The position numbers and the translations under genes were made by a program. A stretch of 64,000 nt of DNA, taken from the NCBI GenBank assembly GCA_964016885.1, contig OZ024759.1, positions 5,952,001 to 6,016,000 on the forward strand. The letters are read 5' to 3'. The notes below the pieces were generated by a model. That model did no database searches and was not told the DNA's origin. It saw only the letters and a program-made list of their open reading frames with translations. Positions 51,801 through 63,500 of this stretch are shown here, in pieces (within the stretch, counting starts at the first letter, position 1; each line of letters begins with the position of its first letter). This DNA is from Eledone cirrhosa. Its lineage: Eukaryota.

Positions 51801-54800
51801 TAACCCCAATGTTGGTGAGAATTCATTTAAGTTCATGGTATTAGCTGTCAGAAGTCACTCCACTGTTGGTGAGAATTCATTAAAGTTCATGGTATTAGCT
51901 GTCAGAAGTAACTCCACTGTTGGTGAGGATTCATTTAAGTTCATGGTATTAGCTGTCAGAAGGAACTCCACTGTTGGTGAGAATTCATTTAAGTTCATGG
52001 TATAAGCTGTCAGAAGTAACTCCACTGTTGGTGAGAATTCATTTAAGTTCATGGTATTAGCTGTCAGAAGTAACTCCACTGTTGGTGAGAATTCATTTAA
52101 GTTCATGGTACTAGCTGTCAGAAGGAACTCCACTGTTGGTGAGAATTCATTTAAGTTCATGGTATTAGCTGTCAGAAGTAACTCCACTGTTGGTGAGAAT
52201 TCATTTAAGTTCATGGTACTAGCTGTCAGAAGTAACTCCACTGTTGGTGAGAATTCATTTAAGTTCATGGTACTAGCTGTCAGAGGTAACTCCACTGTTG
52301 GTGAGAATTCATTTAAGTTCATGGTACTAGCTGTCAGAAGTAACCCCAATGTTGGTGAGAATTCATTTAAGTTCATGGTACTAGCTGTCAGAAGTCACTC
52401 CACTGTTGGTGAGAATTCATTTAAGTTCATGGTATTAGCTGTCAGAAGTAACTCCACTGTTGGTGAGAATTCATTTAAGTTCATGGTATTAGCTGTCAGA
52501 AGTAACTCCACTGTTGGTGAGAATTCATTTAAGTTCATGGTACTAGCTGTCAGAAGTAACTCCACTGTTGGTGAGAATTCATTTAAGTTCATGGTACTAG
52601 CTGTCAGAAGTAACCCCAATGTTGGTGAGAATTCATTTAAGTTCATGGTATTAGCTGTCAGAAGTCACTCCACTGTTGGTGAGAATTCATTTAAGTTCAT
52701 GGTATAAGCTGTCAGAAGTAACTCCACTGTTGGTGAGAATTCATTTAAGTTCATGGTATTAGCTGTCAGAAGTAACTCCACTGTTGGTGAGAATTCATTT
52801 AAGTTCATGGTATTAGCTGTCAGAAGTAACTCCACTGTTGGTGAGAATTCATTTAAGTTCATGGTACTACCTGTCAGAAGTATCTCCACTGTTGGTGAGA
52901 ATTCATTTAAGTTCATGGTACTAGCTGTCAGAAGTAACTCCACTGTTGGTGAGAATTCATTTAAGTTCATGGTACTAGCTGTCAGAAGTAACTCCACTGT
53001 TGGTGAGAATTCATTTAAGTTCATGGTACTAGCTGTCAGAAGTAACTCCACTGTTGGTGAGAATTCATTTAAGTTCATGGTACTAGCTGTCAGAAGTTAC
53101 TCCAATGTTGGTGAGAATTCATTTAAGTCATGGTACTAGCTGTCAGAAGTAACTCCACTGTTGGTGAGAATTCATTTAAGTTCATGGTATTAGCTGTCAG
53201 AAGTAACTCCACTGTTGGTGAGAATTCATTTAAGTTCATGGTACTAGCTGTCAGAAGTAACTCCACTGTTGGTGAGAATTCATTTAAGTTCATGGTACTA
53301 GCTGTCAGAAGTAACCCCAATGTTGGTGAGAATTCATTTAAGTTCATGGTATTAGCTGTCAGAAGTCACTCCACTGTTGGTGAGAATTCATTTAAGTTCA
53401 TGGTATAAGCTGTCAGAAGTAACTCCACTGTTGGTGAGAATTCATTTAAGTTCATGGTATTAGCTGTCAGAAGTAACTCCACTGTTGGTGAGAATTCATT
53501 TAAGTTCATGGTATTAGCTGTCAGAAGTAACTCCACTGTTGGTGAGAATTCATTTAAGTTCATGGTACTACCTGTCAGAAGTAACTCCACTGTTGGTGAG
53601 AATTCATTTAAGTTCATGGTACTAGCTGTCAGAAGTAACTCCACTGTTGGTGAGAATTCATTTAAGTTCATGGTACTAGCTGTCAGAAGTAACTCCACTG
53701 TTGGTGAGAATTCATTTAAGTTCATGGTACTAGCTGTCAGAAGTAACTCCACTGTTGGTGAGAATTCATTTAAGTTCATGGTACTAGCTGTCAGAAGTTA
53801 CTCCAATGTTGGTGAGAATTCATTTAAGTCATGGTACTAGCTGTCAGAAGTAACTCCACTGTTGGTGAGAATTCATTTAAGTTCATGGTATTAGCTGTCA
53901 GAAGGAACTCCACTGTTGGTGAGAATTCATTTAAGTTTATTGTATTAGATGTCAGAAGTAACTCCACTGTTGGTGAGAATTCATTTAAGTTCATGGTACT
54001 AGCTGTCAGAAGTAACTCCAATGTTGGTGAGAATTCATTTGAGTTCATGGTATTAGCTGTCAGAAGTAACTCCACTGTTGGTGAGAATTCATTTAAGTTC
54101 ATGGTATTAGCTGTCAGAAGTAACTCCACTGTTGGTGAGAATTCATTTAAGTTCATGGTACTAGCTGTCAGAAGTAACTCCACTGTTGGTGAGAATTCAT
54201 TTAAGTTCATGGTACTAGCTGTCAGAAGTAACCCCAATGTTGGTGAGAATTCATTTAAGTTCATGGTATTAGCTGTCAGAAGTCACTCCACTGTTGGTGA
54301 GAATTCATTTAAGTTCATGGTATTAGCTGTCAGAAGTAACTCCACTGTTGGTGAGAATTCATTTAAGTTCATGGTATTAGCTGTCAGAAGTAACTCCACT
54401 GTTGGTGAGAATTCATTTAAGTTCATGGTATTAGCTGTCAGAAGTAACTCCACTGTTGGTGAGAATTCATTTAAGTTCATGGTACTAGCTGTCAGAAGTA
54501 ACTCCACTGTTGGTGAGAATTCATTTAAGTTCATGGTATTAGCTGTCAGAAGTAACTCCACTGTTGGTGAGAATTCATTTAAGTCATGGTATTAGCTGTC
54601 AGAAGTAACTCCATTGTTGGTGAGAATTCATTTAAGTCATGGTACTAGCTGTCAGAAGTAACTCCACTGTTGGTGAGAATTCATTTAAGTTCATGGTACT
54701 AGCTGTCAGAAGTAACTCCACTGTTGGTGAGAATTCATTTAAGTTCATGGTACTAGCTGTCAGAAGTATCTCCACTGTTGGTGAGAATTCATTTAAGTTC

Positions 54801-57800
54801 ATGGTACTAGCTGTCAGAGGTAACTCCACTGTTGGTGAGAATTCATTTAAGTTCATGGTACTAGCTGTCAGAAGTAACGCCAATGTTGGTGAGAATTCAT
54901 TTAAGTTCATGGTACTAGCTGTCAGAAGTCACTCCACTGTTGGTGAGAATTCATTTAAGTTCATGGTATTAGCTGTCAGAAGTAACTCCACTGTTGGTGA
55001 GAATTCATTTAAGTTCATGGTATTAGCTGTCAGAAGTAACTCCACTGTTGGTGAGAATTCATTTAAGTTCATGGTATTAGCTGTCAGAAGGAACTCCACT
55101 GTTGGTGAGAATTCATTTAAGTTCATTGTATTAGATGTCAGAAGTAACTCCACCGTTGGTGAGAATTCATTTAAGTTCATGGTACTAGCTGTCAGAAGTA
55201 ACTCCAATGTTGGTGAGAATTCATTTGAGTTCATGGTATTAGCTGTCAGAAGTAACTCCACTGTTGGTGAGAATTCATTTAAGTTCATGGTATTAGCTGT
55301 CAGAAGTAACTCCACTGTTGGTGAGAATTCATTTAAGTTCATGGTACTAGCTGTCAGAAGTAACTCCACTGTTGGTGAGAATTCATTTAAGTTCATGGTA
55401 CTAGCTGTCAGAAGTAACCCCAATGTTGGTGAGAATTCATTTAAGTTCATGGTATTAGCTGTCAGAAGTCACTCCACTGTTGGTGAGAATTCATTTAAGT
55501 TCATGGTATTAGCTGTCAGAAGTAACTCCACTGTTGGTGAGAATTCATTTAAGTTCATGGTACTAGCTGTCAGAAGTAACCCCAATGTTGGTGAGAATTC
55601 ATTTAAGTTCATGGTATTAGCTGTCAGAAGTCACTCCACTGTTGGTGAGAATTCATTTAAGTTCATGGTATTAGCTGTCAGAAGTAACTCCACTGTTGGT
55701 GAGAATTCATTTAAGTTCATGGTATTAGCTGTCAGAAGTAACTCCACTGTTGGTGAGAATTCATTTAAGTTCATGGTATTAGCTGTCAGAAGTAACTCCA
55801 CTGTTGGTGAGAATTCATTTAAGTTCATGGTACTAGCTGTCAGAAGTAACTCCACTGTTGGTGAGAATTCATTTAAGTTCATGGTATTAGCTGTCAGAAG
55901 TAACTCCACTGTTGGTGAGAATTCATTTAAGTCATGGTATTAGCTGTCAGAAGTAACTCCATTGTTGGTGAGAATTCATTTAAGTCATGGTACTAGCTGT
56001 CAGAAGTAACTCCACTGTTGGTGAGAATTCATTTAAGTTCATGGTACTAGCTGTCAGAAGTAACTCCACTGTTGGTGAGAATTCATTTAAGTTCATGGTA
56101 CTAGCTGTCAGAAGTAACTCCACTGTTGGTGAGAATTCATTTAAGTTCATGGTACTAGCTGTCAGAGGTAACTCCACTGTTGGTGAGAATTCATTTAAGT
56201 TCATGGTACTAGCTGTCAGAAGTAACGCCAATGTTGGTGAGAATTCATTTAAGTTCATGGTACTAGCTGTCAGAAGTCACTCCACTGTTGGTGAGAATTC
56301 ATTTAAGTTCATGGTATTAGCTGTCAGAAGTAACTCCACTGTTGGTGAGAATTCATTTAAGTTCATGGTATTAGCTGTCAGAAGTAACTCCACTGTTGGT
56401 GAGAATTCATTTAAGTTCATGGTATTAGCTGTCAGAAGGAACTCCACTGTTGGTGAGAATTCATTTAAGTTCATTGTATTAGATGTCAGAAGTAACTCCA
56501 CTGTTGGTGAGAATTCATTTAAGTTCATGGTACTAGCTGTCAGAAGTAACTCCAATGTTGGTGAGAATTCATTTGAGTTCATGGTATTAGCTGTCAGAGG
56601 TAACTCCACTGTTGGTGAGAATTCATTTAAGTTCATGGTATTAGCTGTCAGAAGTAACTCCACTGTTGGTGAGAATTCATTTAAGTTCATGGTACTAGCT
56701 GTCAGAAGTAACTCCACTGTTGGTGAGAATTCATTTAAGTTCATGGTACTAGCTGTCAGAAGTAACCCCAATGTTGGTGAGAATTCATTTAAGTTCATGG
56801 TATTAGCTGTCAGAAGTCACTCCACTGTTGGTGAGAATTCATTTAAGTTCATGGTATTAGCTGTCAGAAGTAACTCCACTGTTGGTGAGAATTCATTTAA
56901 GTTCATGGTATTAGCTGTCAGAAGTAACTCCACTGTTGGTGAGAATTCATTTAAGTTCATGGTATTAGCTGTCAGAAGTAACTCCACTGTTGGTGAGAAT
57001 TCATTTAAGTTCATGGTACTAGCTGTCAGAAGTAACTCCACTGTTGGTGAGAATTCATTTAAGTTCATGGTATTAGCTGTCAGAAGTAACTCCACTGTTG
57101 GTGAGAATTCATTTAAGTCATGGTATTAGCTGTCAGAAGTAACTCCATTGTTGGTGAGAATTCATTTAAGTCATGGTACTAGCTGTCAGAAGTAACTCCA
57201 CTGTTGGTGAGAATTCATTTAAGTTCATGGTACTAGCTGTCAGAAGTAACTCCACTGTTGGTGAGAATTCATTTAAGTTCATGGTACTAGCTGTCAGAAG
57301 TAACTCCACTGTTGGTGAGAATTCATTTAAGTTCATGGTACTAGCTGTCAGAGGTAACTCCACTGTTGGTGAGAATTCATTTAAGTTCATGGTACTAGCT
57401 GTCAGAAGTAACGCCAATGTTGGTGAGAATTCATTTAAGTTCATGGTACTAGCTGTCAGAAGTCACTCCACTGTTGGTGAGAATTCATTTAAGTTCATGG
57501 TATTAGCTGTCAGAAGTAACTCCACTGTTGGTGAGAATTCATTTAAGTTCATGGTATTAGCTGTCAGAAGTAACTCCACTGTTGGTGAGAATTCATTTAA
57601 GTTCATGGTGTTAGCTGTCAGAAGTAACTCCACTGTTGGTGAGAATTCATTTAAGTCATGGTATTAGCTGTCAGAAGTAACTCCATTGTTGGTGAGAATT
57701 CATTTAAGTCATGGTACTAGCTGTCAGAAGTAACTCCACTGTTGGTGAGAATTCATTTAAGTTCATGGTACTAGCTGTCAGAAGTAACTCCACTGTTGGT

Positions 57801-60560
57801 GAGAATTCATTTAAGTTCATGGTACTAGCTGTCAGAAGTAACTCCACTGTTGGTGAGAATTCATTTAAGTTCATGGTACTAGCTGTCAGAGGTAACTCCA
57901 CTGTTGGTGATAATTCATTTAAGTTCATGGTACTAGCTGTCAGAAGTAACGCCAATGTTGGTGAGAATTCATTTAAGTTCATGGTACTAGCTGTCAGAAG
58001 TCACTCCACTGTTGGTGAGAATTCATTTAAGTTCATGGTATTAGCTGTCAGAAGTAACTCCACTGTTGGTGAGAATTCATTTAAGTTCATGGTATTAGCT
58101 GTCAGAAGTAACTCCACTGTTGGTGAGAATTCATTTAAGTTCATGGTATTAGCTGTCAGAAGGAACTCCACTGTTGGTGAGAATTCATTTAAGTTCATTG
58201 TATTAGATGTCAGAAGTAACTCCACTGTTGGTGAGAATTCATTTAAGTTCATGGTACTAGCTGTCAGAAGTAACTCCAATGTTGGTGAGAATTCATTTGA
58301 GTTCATGGTATTAGCTGTCAGAGGTAACTCCACTGTTGGTGAGAATTCATTTAAGTTCATGGTATTAGCTGTCAGAAGTAACTCCACTGTTGGTGAGAAT
58401 TCATTTAAGTTCATGGTACTAGCTGTCAGAAGTAACTCCACTGTTGGTGAGAATTCATTTAAGTTCATGGTACTAGCTGTCAGAAGTAACCCCAATGTTG
58501 GTGAGAATTCATTTAAGTTCATGGTATTAGCTGTCAGAAGTCACTCCACTGTTGGTGAGAATTCATTTAAGTTCATGGTATTAGCTGTCAGAAGTAACTC
58601 CACTGTTGGTGAGAATTCATTTAAGTTCATGGTATTAGCTGTCAGAAGTAACTCCACTGTTGGTGAGAATTCATTTAAGTTCATGGTATTAGCTGTCAGA
58701 AGTAACTCCACTGTTGGTGAGAATTCATTTAAGTTCATGGTACTAGCTGTCAGAAGTAACTCCACTGTTGGTGAGAATTCATTTAAGTTCATGGTATTAG
58801 CTGTCAGAAGTAACTCCACTGTTGGTGAGAATTCATTTAAGTCATGGTATTAGCTGTCAGAAGTAACTCCATTGTTGGTGAGAATTCATTTAAGTCATGG
58901 TACTAGCTGTCAGAAGTAACTCCACTGTTGGTGAGAATTCATTTAAGTTCATGGTACTAGCTGTCAGAAGTAACTCCACTGTTGGTGAGAATTCATTTAA
59001 GTTCATGGTACTAGCTGTCAGAAGTAACTCCACTGTTGGTGAGAATTCATTTAAGTTCATGGTACTAGCTGTCAGAGGTAACTCCACTGTTGGTGAGAAT
59101 TCATTTAAGTTCATGGTACTAGCTGTCAGAAGTAACGCCAATGTTGGTGAGAATTCATTTAAGTTCATGGTACTAGCTGTCAGAAGTCACTCCACTGTTG
59201 GTGAGAATTCATTTAAGTTCATGGTATTAGCTGTCAGAAGTAACTCCACTGTTGGTGAGAATTCATTTAAGTTCATGGTATTAGCTGTCAGAAGTAACTC
59301 CACTGTTGGTGAGAATTCATTTAAGTTCATGGTGTTAGCTGTCAGAAGTAACTCCACTGTTGGTGAGAATTCATTTAAGTTCATGGTACTAGCTGTCAGA
59401 AGTAACTCCACTGTTTGTGAGAATTCATTTAAGTTCATGGTACTAGCTGTCAGAAGTAACCCCAATGTTGGTGAGAATTCATTTAAGTTCATGGTATTAG
59501 CTGTCAGAAGTCACTCCACTGTTGGTGAGAATTCATTTAAGTTCATGGTATTAGCTGTCAGAAGTAACTCCACTGTTGGTGAGAATTCATTTAAGTCATG
59601 GTATTAGCTGTCAGAAGTAACTCCATTGTTGGTGAGAATTCATTTAAGTCATGGTACTAGCTGTCAGAAGTAACTCCACTGTTGGTGAGAATTCATTTAA
59701 GTTCATGGTATTAGCTGTCAGAAGGAACTCCACTGTTGGTGAGAATTCATTTAAGTTCATGGTATTAGCTGTCAGAAGTAACTCCACTGTTGGTGAGAAT
59801 TCATTTAAGTTCATGGTACTAGCTGTCAGAAGTAACTCCACTGTTGGTGAGAATTCATTTAAGTTCATGGTACTAGCTGTCAGAAGGAACTCCACTGTTG
59901 GTGAGAATTCATTTAAGTTCATGGTATTAGCTGTCAGAAGTAACTCCAATGTTGGTGAGAATTCATTTAAGTTCATGGTATTAGCTGTCAGAAGGAACTC
60001 CACTGTTGGTGAGAATTCATTTAAGTTCATGGTATTAGCTGTCAGAAGTAACTCCAATGTTGGTGAGAATTCATTTAAGTTCATGGTATTAGCTGTCAGA
60101 AGTAACTCCACTGTTGGTTAGAATTCATTTAAGTTCATGGTATTAGCTGTCAGAAGTAACTCCACTGTTGGTGAGAATTCATTTAAGTTCATGGTACTAG
60201 CTGTCAGAAGTAACTCCACTGTTGGTGAGAATTCATTTAAGTTCATGGTACTAGCTGTCAGAAGTAACCCCAATGTTGGTGAGAATTAATTTAAGTTCAT
60301 GGTATTAGCTGTCAGAAGTCACTCCACTGTTGGTGAGAATTCATTTAAGTTCATGGTATACGCTGTCAGAAGTAACTCCACTGTTGGTGAGAATTCATTT
60401 AAGTTCATGGTATTAGCTGTCAGAAGTAACTCCACTGTTGGTGAGAATTCATTTAAGTTCATGGTATTAGCTGTCAGAAGTAACTCCACTGTTGGTGAGA
60501 ATTCATTTAAGTTCATGGTACTACCTGTCAGAAGTAACTCCACTGTTGGTGAGAATTCAT
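48830..60560 (+). repeat. Long-range copy: ~48830-50210 repeated at ~59180-60560 (offset 10351)
   Basis: TGTTTGTGAG (49061/59412), GGTATAAGC/GGTATACGC (50004/60355) and TACCTG (~50171/60522) share the offset. ORF pairs 48836/59187 and 49300/59651 agree. Confidence 0.83.
54584..59380 (+). repeat. Higher-order repeat with five starts (54639, 55987, 57173, 57711, 58897), including a 1724-bp (32-monomer) tandem duplication
   Basis: AGAGGTAAC followed by AACGCCAAT occurs at ~54876, 56224, 57410, 57948 and 59134. GGTGTTAG lies at 57607/59331. ORFs 55987/57711 and 57173/58897 are offset by 1724. Confidence 0.88.
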
Positions 60561-63500
60561 TTAAGTTCATGGTATTAGCTGTCAGAAGTAACTCCACTGT
60601 TGGTGAGAATACATGTAAGTCATGGTATTAGCTGTCAGAAGTAACTCCATTGTTGGTGGGAATTCATTTAAGTCATGGTACTAGCTGTCAGAAGTAACTC
60701 CACTGTTGGTGAGAATTCATTTAAGTTCATGGTACTAGCTGTCAGAAGTAACTCCACTGTTGGTGAGAATTCATTTAAGTTCATGGTACTAGCTGTCAGA
60801 AGTAACTCCACTGTTGGTGAGAATTCATTTAAGTTCATGGTACTAGCTGTCAGAAGTAACTCCACTGTTGGTGACAATTCATTTAAGTTCATGGTACTAG
60901 CTGTCAGAAGTAACTCCAATGTTGGTGAGAATTCATTTAAGTCATGGTACTAGCTGTCAGAAGTAACTCCACTGTTGGTGAGAATTCATTTAAGTTCATG
61001 GTATTAGCTGTCAGAAGGAACTCCACTGTTGGTGAGAATTCATTTAAGTTCATGGTATTAGCTGTCAGAAGTAACTCCACTGTTGGTGAGAATTCATTTA
61101 AGTTCATGGTACTAGCTGTCAGAAGTAACTCCAATGTTGGTGAGAATTCATTTAAGTTCATGGTATTAGCTGTCAGAAGTAACTCCACTGTTGGTGAGAA
61201 TTCATTTAAGTTCATGGTATTAGCTGTCAGAGGTAACTCCACTGTTGGTGAGAATTCATTTAAGTTCATGGTACTAGCTGTCAGAAGTAACTCCACTGTT
61301 GGTGAGAATTCATTTAAGTTCATGGTACTAGCTGTCAGAAGTAACCCCAATGTTGGTGAGAATTCATTTAAGTTCATGGTATTAGCTGTCAGAAGTCACT
61401 CCACTGTTGGTGAGAATTCATTTAAGTTCATGGTATTAGCTGTCAGAAGTAACTCCACTGTTGGTGAGAATTCATTTAAGTTCATGGTATTAGCTGTCAG
61501 AAGTAACTCCACTGTTGGTGAGAATTCATTTAAGTTCATGGTATTAGCCGTCAGAAGTAACTCCACTGTTGGTGAGAATTCATTTAAGTCATGGTATTAG
61601 CTGTCAAAAGTAACTCCATTGTTGGTGAGAATTCATTTAAGTCATGGTACTAGCTGTCAGAAGTAACTCCACTGTTGGTGAGAATTCATTTAAGTTCATG
61701 GTACTAGCTGTCAGAAGTAACTCCACTGTTGGTGAGAATTCATTTAAGTTCACGGTACTAGCTGTCAGAAGTAACCCCACTGTTGGTGAGAATTCATTTA
61801 AGTCATGGTATTAACTGTCAGAAGTAACTCCATTGTTGGTGAGAATTCATTTAAGTCATGGTACTAGCTGTCAGAAGTAACTCAACTGTTGGTGAGAATT
61901 CATTTAAGTTCATGGTATTAGCTGTCAGAAGGAACTCCACTGTTGGTGAGAATTCATTTAAGTTCATGGTATTAGCTGTCAGAAGTAACTCCAATGTTGG
62001 TGAGAATTCATTTAAGTTCATGGTATTAGCTGTCAGAAGTAACTCCACTGTTGGTGAGAATTCATTTAAGTTCATGGTATTAGCTGTCAGAAGTAACTCC
62101 ACTGTTGGTGAGAATTCATTTAAGTTCATGGTACTAGCTGTCAGAAGTAACTCCACTGTTGGTGAGAATTCATTTAAGTTCATGGTACTAGCTGTCAGAA
62201 GGAACTCCACTGTTGGTGAGAATTCATTTAAGTTCATGGTATTAGCTGTCAGAAGTCACTCCACTGTTGGTGAGAATTCATTTAAGTTCATGGTATTAGC
62301 TGTCAGAAGTAACTCGACTGTTGGTGAGAATTCATTTAAGTTCATGGTATTAGCTGTCAGAAGTCACTCCACTGTTGGTGAGAATTCATTTAAGTTCATG
62401 GTATTAGCTGTCAGAAGTAACTCCACTGTTGGTGAGAATTTATTTAAGTTCATGGTACTAGCTGTCAGAAGTAACTCCACTGTTGGTGAGAATTCATTTA
62501 AGTTCATGGTATTAGCTGTCAGAAGTAACTCCACTGTTGGTGAGAATTCATTTAAGTCATGGTATTAGCTGTCAGAAGTAACTCCATTGTTGGTGAGAAT
62601 TCATTTAAGTCATGGTACTAGCTGTCAGAAGTAACTCCACTGTTGGTGAGAATTCATTTAATTTCATGGTACTAGCTGTCAGAAGTAACTCCACTGTTGG
62701 TGAGAATTCATTTAAGTTCATGGTACTAGCTGTCAGAAGTAACTCCACTGTTGGTGAGAATTCATTTAAGTTCATGGTACTAGCTGTCAGAAGTAACTCT
62801 ACTGTTGGTGAGAATTCATTTAAGTTCATGGTATTAGCTGTCAGAAGTAACTCCACTGTTGGTGAGAATTCATTTAAGTTCATGGTATTAGCTGTCAGAA
62901 GTAACTCCACTGTTGGTGAGAATTCATTTAAGTTCATGGTACTAGCTGTCAGAAGTAACTCCACTGTTGGTGAGAATTCATTTAAGTTCATGGTACTAGC
63001 TGTCAGAAGTAACCCCAATGTTGGTGAGAATTCATTTAAGTTCATGGTATTAACTGTCAGAAGTCACTCCACTGTTGGTGAGAATTCATTTAAGTTCATG
63101 GTATTAGCTGTCAGAAGTAACTCCACTGTTGGTGAGAATTCATTTAAGTTCATGGTATTAGCTGTCAGAAGTAACTCCACTGTTGGTGAGAATTCCTTTA
63201 AGTTCATGGTATTAGCTGTCAGAAGTAACTCCACTGTTGGTGAGAATTCATTTAAGTTCATGGTACTAGCTGTCAGAAGTAACTCCACTGTTGGTGAGAA
63301 TTCATTTAAGTTCATGGTATTAGCTGTCAGAAGTAACTCCACTGTTGGTGAGAATTCATTTAAGGCATGGTATTAGCTGTCAGAAGTAACTCCATTGTTG
63401 GTGAGAATTCATTTAAGTCATGGTACTAGCTGTCAGAAGTAACTCCACTGTTGGTGAGAATTCATTTAAGTTCATGGTACTAGCTGTCAGAAGTAACTCC

